From Rhodovarius crocodyli (lineage in GTDB: Bacteria > Pseudomonadota > Alphaproteobacteria > Acetobacterales > Acetobacteraceae): a DNA stretch of 24,000 nt. Shown in pieces: positions 1-7,542 of this stretch. The stretch is taken from assembly GCA_945901085.1 (NCBI GenBank), contig CAMDJV010000016.1:16146-40145 (forward strand). Direction: 5' to 3'. The first letter of the stretch is position 1; every line of letters begins with the position of its first letter. The translations under genes were made by a program, and so were the position numbers. Under the pieces are notes generated by a model. That model made no database searches and was not told the DNA's origin. It was given only the letters and a program-made list of their open reading frames with translations.

Positions 1-824
1 TCGGCCCGCTCCTCGCCCGCCGCCTTGGTGACCACGATGGCGGCGGCCACACTCACCAGCAGGGCGGGTATCTGCCCCACCAGCCCATCACCCACGGTGA
101 GGATGGAATAAGTCTCCACCGCCTCACCCAGCGGCATGCCATGGCGCAGAATGCCAATGCCAAAGCCACCGAGGAGATTGATGAAGGTGGAAACCAGCCC
201 GGCAATCGCATCGCCCTTGACGAATTTCGAGGCGCCATCCATCGAGCCGTGGAAGCTGCTCTCCTGCTCCAATTCGCGCCGGCGATGCCGGGCCTGGTTT
301 TCGTCGATGGTGCCGGCATTGAGGTCGGCATCGATGGCCATTTGTTTGCCGGGCAGGCTGTCAAGATGGAAGCGCGCCGAGACCTCCGCCACCCGCCCCG
401 CACCTTCGCTGACCACGACGTGGTTGACCAACAGCAGGATGGCAAAGACGATCATCCCCACCACGATATCGCCCGCCATGAGGTAGCCGCCAAAGGCCGC
501 CACCACATCACCCGCCGCCTGCGGGCCCTGATGGCCATCGGCCAGGATGGCGCGGGTTGTGGCGACGTTCAGGCCCAGCCGGAACAGCGTGGTGATCAGC
601 AGGATTTGCGGAAAAGAGGCGAATTCCAGCGGCTTTTTCAGCAGCAGCGCCACCATCAGCACCAGGATCGAGGCGGTGATGTTGATCGCCAGCGCCGCAT
701 CCAGCAGCACCGGCGGCAGCGGCACCACCAAGATGGCCAGCACGAGCATGACGCCCGCCACCAGCGCCATATCGGAGCCGATGCGGATCTGCTTGAGCCA
801 TGCCGGCAGCGCCATGCCATCCAT
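1..824 (-). CDS. flhA: Flagellar type III export protein FlhA, N-terminal membrane region only (the gene continues past the window start)
   Basis: Absent from the ORF track because it is open to the window edge. Hand translation of the minus strand from ATG 824..822 gives MDGMALPAWLKQIRIGSDMALVAGVMLVLAILVVPLPPVLLDAALAINITASILVLMVALLLKKPLEFASFPQILLITTLFRLGLNVATTRAIL...ARFHLDSLPGKQMAIDADLNAGTIDENQARHRRRELEQESSFHGSMDGASKFVKGDAIAG...LTVGDGLVGQIPALLVSVAAAIVVTK. FPQILLxTTLFRLxLNVAxTR and ARFxLDxxPGKQMAIDADLNAG are FlhA signatures. The start lies 3 nt after the flbD stop. Confidence 0.93.
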   Translation of the reverse strand, partial: MDGMALPAWLKQIRIGSDMALVAGVMLVLAILVVPLPPVLLDAALAINITASILVLMVALLLKKPLEFASFPQILLITTLFRLGLNVATTRAILADGHQGPQAAGDVVAAFGGYLMAGDIVVGMIVFAILLLVNHVVVSEGAGRVAEVSARFHLDSLPGKQMAIDADLNAGTIDENQARHRRRELEQESSFHGSMDGASKFVKGDAIAGLVSTFINLLGGFGIGILRHGMPLGEAVETYSILTVGDGLVGQIPALLVSVAAAIVVTKAAGEERA

Positions 825-827
825 GGC

Positions 828-2219
828 TCAACCCCTCTCCAGCGGCATCAATTCGCCCGGGGCGAGCTGGCTGGCGGCGGGGGGCACCGCCACACCCTGG
901 CCGCGATATTCATGCAGCTTGTTGCGCAGGGTGCGGATGGAAATACCCAGAATTTCGGCCGCGCGGGTTCGGTTGCCTAGACAACGACCTAATGTCTCCA
1001 GGATGAGTTCGCGCTCAACCTCCTCCATCCTGCGGCCCACCAGGGCTGCCACCGGGCTGTTGAGGGGGCGCGGGCCGGCTGGGATGATCGCGATGGCCTC
1101 GGCCACCGCCTGAAACGGCGCCGTGGCCAGCAATTCAATGGCTTCGGGGCCAATCTCGCGCCCTTCGGCCAGCAGCACGGCGCGGTGCAGGGCGTTTTCC
1201 AACTCGCGCACATTGCCCGGCCAGGGGTGGCCCAGCAGCGCCGACTGGGCCGCGGGCGAAAGGCCACGCTGCGGCAGGCCATTCACCTGGGCGTAGCGCT
1301 GGGCGAAATGCGCCGCCAGCGGCAGGATATCACCTGGGCGCTCGCGCAGCGGTGGGATGCGCAGCGTCACCACATTGAGGCGAAAATACAAATCCTCCCG
1401 AAAGCGCCCCGCCCGCACCTCGACCGCCAGGTCACGATGGGTGGCGGCGAGGATGCGGACATCAATCTTCACCGGCGCCGCACCACCCAGCCGGTCCACC
1501 TCGCGCTCCTGAATGGCGCGCAGCAGCTTGGCCTGCAAATGCGGCTGCATCTCGCCGATCTCATCGAGCAGAATGGTGCCGCGATCGGCCTGTTCGAACT
1601 TGCCGCGCCGGGCGGCGACAGCGCCGCTGAAGGCGCCTTTCTCGTGGCCGAACAGCTCGCTCTCCAACAGGCTTTCCGGCAGCGCCGCCACATTGAGCGC
1701 GACAAAGGGCCCACGGGCGCGGCGCGAGGCGGCATGGATATGCCGCGCCATCACCTCCTTGCCCGTGCCGCTCTCGCCGGTGATCAGCACCGAGGCCTCA
1801 CTGCGCGCGACCTGCGCCGCACGCTCGAGCAGCGCGCGCATCTGGCCATCCTGCACCACAGGCGCGTCATCATGGCCGGAGACGGCGGCGAGCATGGCGG
1901 CGATCAGCTCAGCATCGGGCGGCAGGGGCAGGAAATCCCGTGCGCCGGCGCGAATCGCCCGCAACGCCGCCTCGGCATCATGGGTACGGCCGCAGGCGAT
2001 GACGGGGGTGGCGATGCGCTCCTCCAGCAGGGTTTGCACCAGCCAAGCGACGTCATGGGCGATGTCGCAGAAGACAAGGTCAGCGCCCTGGCTGCGCAGC
2101 ACCTCCAGCGCCGCCATGGTGCCATCGGCCTGCAGCAGCCGCGCACCCCGGGCATGGGCCAGCCGGCCCGCCTGGCCCAATTCCCCCTCCAGCGTGCCGA
2201 TGATGAGCAGGCGTGCCAT
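828..2219 (-). CDS. flbD: Sigma54-dependent flagellar transcriptional activator FlbD (receiver-like domain, AAA+ domain, Fis-type HTH)
   Basis: 463 aa. Carries Walker A GESGTGKE, ESELFGHEKGAFSGA (a GAFTGA-loop variant), WPGNVRELEN and the C-terminal HTH AAEILGISIRTLRNKL. The stretch FLPLPPDAELIAAMLAAV closely matches my recollection of Caulobacter FlbD. It sits after fliN, as in the Caulobacter fliF operon. Confidence 0.92.
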   Translation of the reverse strand: MARLLIIGTLEGELGQAGRLAHARGARLLQADGTMAALEVLRSQGADLVFCDIAHDVAWLVQTLLEERIATPVIACGRTHDAEAALRAIRAGARDFLPLPPDAELIAAMLAAVSGHDDAPVVQDGQMRALLERAAQVARSEASVLITGESGTGKEVMARHIHAASRRARGPFVALNVAALPESLLESELFGHEKGAFSGAVAARRGKFEQADRGTILLDEIGEMQPHLQAKLLRAIQEREVDRLGGAAPVKIDVRILAATHRDLAVEVRAGRFREDLYFRLNVVTLRIPPLRERPGDILPLAAHFAQRYAQVNGLPQRGLSPAAQSALLGHPWPGNVRELENALHRAVLLAEGREIGPEAIELLATAPFQAVAEAIAIIPAGPRPLNSPVAALVGRRMEEVERELILETLGRCLGNRTRAAEILGISIRTLRNKLHEYRGQGVAVPPAASQLAPGELMPLERG

Positions 2220-2545
2220 CAGCCGCCCCTGTCGGATTTCACGATTTCGGTCATCGAGATCCCTAGGCGGCTATCATCCACCATCACCACCTCGCCGCGT
2301 GCGACAAGGCGATTATTGACATAAATATCAACCGCCTCACCCAGTTTTCGGTCGAGTTCAACCACCGCGCCGCGGCCGAGCTTGAGCAATTGCGACACCT
2401 GCATGGTGGCGCGCCCCAGCACGGCAGAGACCTGCACCGGAATGTCATAGGCCGCCTCCACATCGCGCGGGCCCATGGCGCCGCTGCGCTTGGCCGCGAG
2501 TTCGGTGGCACTGGCCGGTTGGAAGGCTTCGGGCGTGTCGCTCAT
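2219..2545 (-). CDS. fliN: Flagellar motor switch protein FliN (SpoA domain)
   Basis: 108 aa. [68 protein letters not shown] is a typical FliN C-terminal domain. ATGA overlap with the fliG stop and TGATG overlap with the flbD start. Confidence 0.92.
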   Translation of the reverse strand: MSDTPEAFQPASATELAAKRSGAMGPRDVEAAYDIPVQVSAVLGRATMQVSQLLKLGRGAVVELDRKLGEAVDIYVNNRLVARGEVVMVDDSRLGISMTEIVKSDRGG

Positions 2546-3540
2546 TCGGTCATCTCCTCATCGCGCGCTTCGGCCAGGGTAATCTGGCCTTGGGCTGCAA
2601 GTTCTTTGGCGGCGACCACGAGGGCGGCCTGCGCCACATCCACATCCTTGAGGCGAACAGGGCCCATGGCGGCGAGATCGTCACGCATCAGCTTCGAGGC
2701 CCGCCCGGTCATATTGCTGAGGAACAAGTCGCGCAGTTCGGGCGAGGCGCCTTTGAGTGCCAACAGGAGCTTCTCGCTATCAAATGCGCGCAACAGCGTG
2801 GCGATGCCTGGGCCGTCGAGCCGGCGAAGATCTTCGAAGGTGAACATCAGGCTGCGGATGCGCTCGGCACTCTCGCGATTGCGCTCCTCCAGCGAGGCCA
2901 TGATGCGCCCTTCCGAGGCACGGTCGAGATTGTTGAAGATCTCGGCCATGATCTCGTGGCTGTCGCGCGCCTGGGTGCGTGCGAGGTTGGACATGAACTC
3001 GGCCTTGAGCGTCCGCTCCACACCCTCCAGCGCCTCTTTCTGCACATTCTCCATCCGCAGCATGCGCATCACCACCTCCATGGCGAGGCGATCGGGCAGC
3101 AGGGACAGGACGCGCGCCGCATGCTCGGGGCGGATCTTGGACAGCACCACGGCAATGGTCTGCGGGTATTCATTCTTGAGGTAATTGGCGAGCACCGCCT
3201 CATTCACATTGCCCAGCTTTTCCCACATGGTGCGGCCGGCCGGGCCGCTGAGATCCTCCATGATCTGCCGCACCTGGTCGGGCGGCAGGGTCTTGAGCAG
3301 CATGCGCTCAGTGCTGGCCAGGCTGCCGAAGATTTTGCCCGGCTGGCCGATGGTTTCGCAGAATTCGGCCAGCACGGCCTCAACCTCGCTGGGAGCCATG
3401 GGGCCGAGGGCCGCCATGGCGGCCGAAAGGTCGCGAATTTCATCCTGATGCATCCGCTCGAAGAGCGGTGCGGCATCCTCCTCGCCCAGGGCCAGGATGA
3501 TGGCCGCGGCCTTATTCGCGCCTTTCAGCAAGCGGCTCAT
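2542..3540 (-). CDS. fliG: Flagellar motor switch protein FliG
   Basis: 332 aa. N-terminal [37 protein letters not shown], then the [12 protein letters not shown] (EHPQ-type) motif and a C-terminal torque-helix region. ATGA overlap with the fliF stop. Confidence 0.94.
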   Translation of the reverse strand: MSRLLKGANKAAAIILALGEEDAAPLFERMHQDEIRDLSAAMAALGPMAPSEVEAVLAEFCETIGQPGKIFGSLASTERMLLKTLPPDQVRQIMEDLSGPAGRTMWEKLGNVNEAVLANYLKNEYPQTIAVVLSKIRPEHAARVLSLLPDRLAMEVVMRMLRMENVQKEALEGVERTLKAEFMSNLARTQARDSHEIMAEIFNNLDRASEGRIMASLEERNRESAERIRSLMFTFEDLRRLDGPGIATLLRAFDSEKLLLALKGASPELRDLFLSNMTGRASKLMRDDLAAMGPVRLKDVDVAQAALVVAAKELAAQGQITLAEARDEEMTE

Positions 3541-5165
3541 AGGTCGTCATCCTCCGACATCCAGCCCCGAAGCACGGTCATCGCCGCATCGGGCTGGGTT
3601 TGCACGATCGCCGCCAGCTTTTGGATGGAGGAGGGCCGGACATGGGTCTCGATCTTCTCCAGACCGCCATCCTGCTCGGCCCTTGCCAAGGCCTGTCCAG
3701 GCGTGGCGTCGGGCAGTGCAGCCGCCATCATCGGCTGGCCGGCACTGTTCAGGGCGGGTGCGGCCATGGCACCGGCCAGCGCCGGCTGCGGCGCCAGCGC
3801 GATGGCCAGGCGCCGCGCCAGCGGCCGGCCCACCAACAAAATGGCCAGCAGCGCCACCAGCGCCAGCACCCCCGTCTCCACCAGCCTTGCCACCATCGCC
3901 TGCGGCAGATCGATGCCCAGCATCCCCAGCGGCGGCGGCGCCTCGGGCTCGGCAAAGCGCATGGAGACCACCTCAACCCTATCGCCGCGCTGCTCATTGA
4001 AGCCCACGGCGCCGCGCACCAGCGTGCTCAGCCTTGCCAGTTCCTCGGCCGTGCGTTCGCGAATGCGCGGCGGGCCCGCCTCCACCGGCTCGGCCACACC
4101 ATCGACCAGCACCGCCACCGAAAGGCGGCGAATAACCGGATGTTCACGCAACGAATTGCGGGTGGTGCGGCCAATCTCGAAATTGGTCGTCTCCTCCTGC
4201 CGCGATTCGGTGCTGGCACTGCCAGTATTGGCTTCACTTCCGGGCAGGTTATTGGCCACCGAAACACTGCCCGGCTCCGCACCACGGCTGGTTTCGCTGC
4301 TGGATTGGGTGCTGCGTGGCACCTGATTATCGGCGTCGAAGCGCTCCTCGCGCAGCTCCACACGCTCGAAATCGAGATCGATCGAGGCTTCGGCGCGCAC
4401 CCGGCCCACGCCCAGCGTGCGCTCGAGCATCTCCTCGATGCCGCGCGCCATGCGCAGCTCCTGGCCACGGCGCATCTCCTCCTGCGTCGCAGCCCCCGCA
4501 GCGCCGCCCAAGGCCTGCCCGCCGCGCGCCAGCAACTCCCCCCGGCTGTCGATGATGGAGATATTGCGCGGCTGCAGCCCGGGCACGGCGGTGGCCACAA
4601 GGTGCAGCACCGCCTGCACGCCATCCCGGTCCAGCCGTTGGCTGCCTTGCATGCTCAGCACGATGGAGGCCTGCGCCTCCGCCCTCTCACGCGAGAAGGC
4701 CTCGCGCCGGGGCATCACCAGATGCACCCGCGCATTGCGCACGCCTGACAGGCTGCGGATGGTGCGCTGCAACTCGCCCTCCAGCGCGCGCAGCCGGTTC
4801 ATATCCTGCTGGAAGGGGGTGGTGGTCAGGCTTTCATTGCGGTCGAATAATTCGTAGCCGACGCTGCCGCCCGCGGGCAGGCCTTCGCGCGCCAGGGAAA
4901 GGCGCAGCCTGGCCACATCCTCGGCCGGCACCATGATCTGCGTGCCGCCGCCGGTGATGCGGAAGGGGATGCGCGCCCGCTCGAGCGACTGCACCACCGC
5001 ACCGGCATCACGCGTATCGAGATCGCCATAGAGCAGCGCCATGGGCGGGGATGCACCGCGCATCGCCAGCAGGGTGATGCCCAGCAGCAGCGCCGCCGCC
5101 ACGCCGCCCAGCGCGGCCAGGCGCAGCCGGCCCAGCGCCAGCAGATTGGCCAGCATGGCCTTCAA
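3537..5165 (-). CDS. fliF: Flagellar MS-ring protein FliF
   Basis: 542 aa. Has an N-terminal TM segment, the [22 protein letters not shown]...ASIVL motif, a second TM segment near the C-terminus and a FliG-binding tail. The track start is TTG at 5165; an in-frame ATG at 5156 is an alternative start. Confidence 0.92.
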   Translation of the reverse strand: MKAMLANLLALGRLRLAALGGVAAALLLGITLLAMRGASPPMALLYGDLDTRDAGAVVQSLERARIPFRITGGGTQIMVPAEDVARLRLSLAREGLPAGGSVGYELFDRNESLTTTPFQQDMNRLRALEGELQRTIRSLSGVRNARVHLVMPRREAFSRERAEAQASIVLSMQGSQRLDRDGVQAVLHLVATAVPGLQPRNISIIDSRGELLARGGQALGGAAGAATQEEMRRGQELRMARGIEEMLERTLGVGRVRAEASIDLDFERVELREERFDADNQVPRSTQSSSETSRGAEPGSVSVANNLPGSEANTGSASTESRQEETTNFEIGRTTRNSLREHPVIRRLSVAVLVDGVAEPVEAGPPRIRERTAEELARLSTLVRGAVGFNEQRGDRVEVVSMRFAEPEAPPPLGMLGIDLPQAMVARLVETGVLALVALLAILLVGRPLARRLAIALAPQPALAGAMAAPALNSAGQPMMAAALPDATPGQALARAEQDGGLEKIETHVRPSSIQKLAAIVQTQPDAAMTVLRGWMSEDDDL

Positions 5166-5232
5166 GCGAAGCGCCCTTCAGGGCTCTGCGGCGAGGTGCC
5201 CGCGGCAAGGTGATGCGTTCTATCCGGCATGG

Positions 5233-5247
5233 CGGCAGAATATGCCG
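5233..5247. promoter_or_regulatory. Palindrome CGGCAGAATATGCCG (CGGCA-N5-TGCCG) upstream of fliF, a candidate FlbD operator
   Basis: Same architecture as 7385-7399. It is nested in a longer inverted repeat, CCGGCAT (5224-5230) / ATGCCGG (5242-5248), and sits 68-82 nt upstream of the fliF start. Confidence 0.45.
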
Positions 5248-5310
5248 GGCATGGTTGCGGGAAGGTTAAGCCGGCCAGGAAAATCCGACCCGATGATCAG
5301 CCCCGCGCCA

Positions 5311-5997
5311 TCAGGGCTGCACCGAGCGCAGCTTGTCATAGCCCAGCGCCAGCGACCCAAAGCGCAGGGTCACCCCATCCGCGCCGCGCTCCACCCCGGT
5401 GGGCCGGGCCAGCACGCCCGCGCTGATGGCCACCATCGCGCCATTGCCGTCACGGCCTTGGATGGTGAAGCCATAGCTGCCATCGGCCAATTGCCGGCCA
5501 TTGCTGTCACGGCCATCCCAGCTCCATGTGCTCGTGGCCCCGGCGGTGAGGGTGGGGCGTGCCTCGCTCACCACCCGGCCGGATTGGTCGGTCACCTGAA
5601 TCACCGCGCTGCGGGCGGCACCAGCGGCGGGCAGGCGGAGTGCGGCCTGGGAATTCTGCAACGCCAATTGGCGGCTCTCCACCTCCACCACCCGGCCCAG
5701 CAGCCCCGAGGCGGTGGTCATTGTATTGCCCTGCTGCAGGGTGATGAGCTGTTGCAGATTGCTATTGGTCTGCACCTGCTGCTCGACGGCGGTGAACTGC
5801 ACGAGTTGCTCGGTCATCTTGTTCACATCCATCGCATTGGATGGGTCCTGATTGCGCAGCTGCGTCGTCAACAGGGTGAGAAAGGTGTTGAAATCCGTGC
5901 CCAGGCCGCTGATGGCCTTGCCGCTGGTCTGGCGCTGGCCACTGGTGCCCGTGGTGCCGGCGGCGCTGGCGGTGGTGTTGGCAAGGCTGGCACTCAT
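5311..5997 (-). CDS. flgD: Flagellar hook assembly/capping protein FlgD
   Basis: 228 aa. FNTFLTLLTTQLRNQDPSNAMDVNKMTEQLVQFTAVEQ is the FlgD N-terminal signature, followed by a C-terminal Ig/FlgD-like domain. A GGAGGAAACC Shine-Dalgarno precedes the ATG. Confidence 0.93.
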   Translation of the reverse strand: MSASLANTTASAAGTTGTSGQRQTSGKAISGLGTDFNTFLTLLTTQLRNQDPSNAMDVNKMTEQLVQFTAVEQQVQTNSNLQQLITLQQGNTMTTASGLLGRVVEVESRQLALQNSQAALRLPAAGAARSAVIQVTDQSGRVVSEARPTLTAGATSTWSWDGRDSNGRQLADGSYGFTIQGRDGNGAMVAISAGVLARPTGVERGADGVTLRFGSLALGYDKLRSVQP

Positions 5998-6012
5998 GGC
6001 GGTTTCCTCCGA

Positions 6013-7278
6013 TCAGATATGGATATCAAGCAGCGAGAGCTGGAAGGCCTGCTGCGGGCTGGTGGAATTGGCCTCCCCCTGGGGCCGGCGGCTGCCTGGC
6101 CGGCGCTGCTGCTCCTGCCGGGCATGGCCATCCTGCTCCGCCATTTCGAAGCGTATGCCATCGGCATTGAGCGTGATGCCGCTCTGCGCCAGGCCCTGCT
6201 GCAGGTCACGCTGATCGCGGACCAGCAGGCTCAGCGTTTCCGGCCGCTCGGCGATCAGCCGCAGGCTGGCACCACCCGCCTCACGCCCAACCCGGATTTC
6301 GAGACGGCCCAGCTCCGCCGGATCCAGCGTGACGGAGAGCGTGGGCGTCGCACCGGGCGAGAGCAGCATGGCCATGGCCATGGGCATGACCTGGCGGGCC
6401 GGGGGCATGGGCGCGGCAGGCCCTGCCTCGCGCGGGGCTAGGCCCGGGGGCTGGGGCATGGCGGGCAATAGGGCGGGCTGGGTATCGGCGGTGGCGCTCG
6501 CTTCAGCCTGGGGGGCCAGGGCCGGCGGGGCCGGGGCATGATGCGCAGCCGCATGCGCCACCGGCGGGGGTGCCGCCGGCATCGGGGCCAAGGGCGCTGG
6601 CGCTGTGGCTGAAGGCGCCGCCTCAGCGGCCGGCAGAGCGTGTTCCGCCCCCCCCGGCGCCGCGGCGGCGCTGCCGCGCTGCGATGCCGCCTTGAGCTGC
6701 AGCGGATTGGCAGCGGGCGCCGCCTCAGGCGCGATAGTGGCGGGGACGGGGGCGGGGACGGGGGTGGGGGCGGGGGTGGCGGCGGCGGCCATGGCTGCGG
6801 GCGCCATCGCGGCCATGGCGGGGGTTGCGGGGGCGGGCATGGGTGGCGGCATCATCACCAGGCCCAGCATCGCGGCGAGCCCATCAGCTGCCGGCGCGGC
6901 TGGGTTCGAGCCCTGCAAAGCCTCGGCCATGTCATCCGCCGCCTGGGCTTCGGGGGCCGAGGCGGGTTCGGCTTCGCTGGCGGCCAGGGCGAATGCCGCC
7001 GGCAAGAGGGCGGCCAGTTCCATGATTTCGGCCGCCTCACCGCTGCCGGGGGCCAATGCCAGGGCGGGGGGAGCGGTGGGGGTGGCGCCGGGGATGGCGG
7101 CGGGTGCTTCGGCGGCCATGGCACCGAGGCCAGCCAGGCCCACGGGGCAGGCCACGGCGCGGCGCAGCGCCTCGCCAAAGCCCTGGGCCTCGGCCGCCAC
7201 GGATGCCGAGGCCGCGTTGGGTGCGGCCGTATTGCTCGGCGTTTGCACCGGCGGCTGAATCGCGAGGCTGGCATACAT
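6013..7278 (-). CDS. fliK: Flagellar hook-length control protein FliK (Ala/Pro-rich, C-terminal Flg_hook domain)
   Basis: The C-terminus LSVTLDPAELGRLEIRVGREAGGASLRLIAERPETLSLLVRDQRDLQQGLAQSGITL is FliK-like, and the gene lies just upstream of flgD. I place the start at ATG 7278..7276 (MYASLAIQPP...), preceded by GAGGAGAG with a 7 nt spacer. The track's longer ORF (to 7593) would cross the promoter region and the flgE start. Confidence 0.82.
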   Translation of the reverse strand: MYASLAIQPPVQTPSNTAAPNAASASVAAEAQGFGEALRRAVACPVGLAGLGAMAAEAPAAIPGATPTAPPALALAPGSGEAAEIMELAALLPAAFALAASEAEPASAPEAQAADDMAEALQGSNPAAPAADGLAAMLGLVMMPPPMPAPATPAMAAMAPAAMAAAATPAPTPVPAPVPATIAPEAAPAANPLQLKAASQRGSAAAAPGGAEHALPAAEAAPSATAPAPLAPMPAAPPPVAHAAAHHAPAPPALAPQAEASATADTQPALLPAMPQPPGLAPREAGPAAPMPPARQVMPMAMAMLLSPGATPTLSVTLDPAELGRLEIRVGREAGGASLRLIAERPETLSLLVRDQRDLQQGLAQSGITLNADGIRFEMAEQDGHARQEQQRRPGSRRPQGEANSTSPQQAFQLSLLDIHI

Positions 7279-7337
7279 CGTCAGGCTCTCCTCATGCCGC
7301 CCGACGGAAATGCCGGGGTGGCGCAGCGGCGAGACCG

Positions 7338-7354
7338 TTGCATGGGGCGTGCCA
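7338..7354 (-). promoter_or_regulatory. Candidate sigma54 (-24/-12) promoter driving fliK-flgD
   Basis: The minus strand reads TGGCACGCCCCATGCAA, which has GG-N10-GC spacing and a near-consensus match to TGGCAC-N5-TTGCA. The -12 element lies about 60 nt upstream of the fliK ATG. Confidence 0.7.
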
Positions 7355-7384
7355 GGGCGATGGGGGGAAAGCGCCGCAGCTTCG

Positions 7385-7399
7385 CGGCAGATATTGCCG
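7385..7399. promoter_or_regulatory. Palindrome CGGCAGATATTGCCG (CGGCA-N5-TGCCG), a candidate FlbD (ftr-like) enhancer between the divergent sigma54 promoters
   Basis: Perfect 5-bp arms with an AT-rich spacer. Its centre is about 40 bp from the fliK -24 element and about 50 bp from the flgE -24 element. Related half-sites GGAAATGCCGG (7306-7316) and GAAAATGCCGC (7410-7420) lie nearby. Confidence 0.5.
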
Positions 7400-7439
7400 G
7401 TCAGGGCGCGAAAATGCCGCCTCCACCCCCCTCCCGCCC

Positions 7440-7454
7440 TGGCATGAAAGCTGC
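7440..7454 (+). promoter_or_regulatory. Candidate sigma54 (-24/-12) promoter driving flgE-flgK-flgL
   Basis: TGGCATGAAAGCTGC has GG-N10-GC spacing and lies about 90 nt upstream of the flgE ATG at 7543. Confidence 0.65.
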
Positions 7455-7542
7455 GTGGCGGGGCACGGCCGCCCCCCAAAGGCGCTGCCGCCGCGCCGGG
7501 TTGCCGCCGCGGCGGCCTTCCAACCCGGTGACAGGACACGCC

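Noticed and set aside
141-980. 279-aa plus-strand ORF, and similar long ORFs at 1185-2324, 2590-4326, 5041-6441, 7711-8883, 10300-11853, 12116-13273, 12870-13703, 13940-14749, 14995-15831, 18467-19300, 19693-21333 and 21261-22706.
   Set aside because: Each lies antisense or out of frame to a gene with clear family motifs. Their translations are Arg/His/Gln/Gly/Pro-rich low-complexity strings with no recognisable domains. This is the usual shadow-ORF effect in high-GC DNA, where stop codons are rare.
1730-1745. CGGCA-TGGATA-TGCCG palindrome inside flbD.
   Set aside because: The spacer is 6 nt rather than 5. It lies in coding sequence (encoding ARHIHAA on the minus strand), so it is probably a codon-driven coincidence. 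It would deserve a second look only if FlbD footprinting shows tolerance of a 6-nt spacer.
5254-5269. CtrA-box-like TTAA-N7-GCAAC on the minus strand upstream of fliF.
   Set aside because: Only the first half-site matches TTAA-N7-TTAAC. One half-site is weak evidence, so I kept it as a note inside the fliF-upstream finding rather than as a feature.
7421-7439. C-rich tract (CTCCACCCCCCTCCCGCCC) just upstream of the flgE -24 element, considered as a G-quadruplex on the minus strand.
   Set aside because: The complementary G-runs (GGG, GGG, GGGGGG, GG) do not give four separate runs of 3 or more G with loops, so it is not a clean quadruplex motif. It may still affect DNA bending, but I cannot support a claim.
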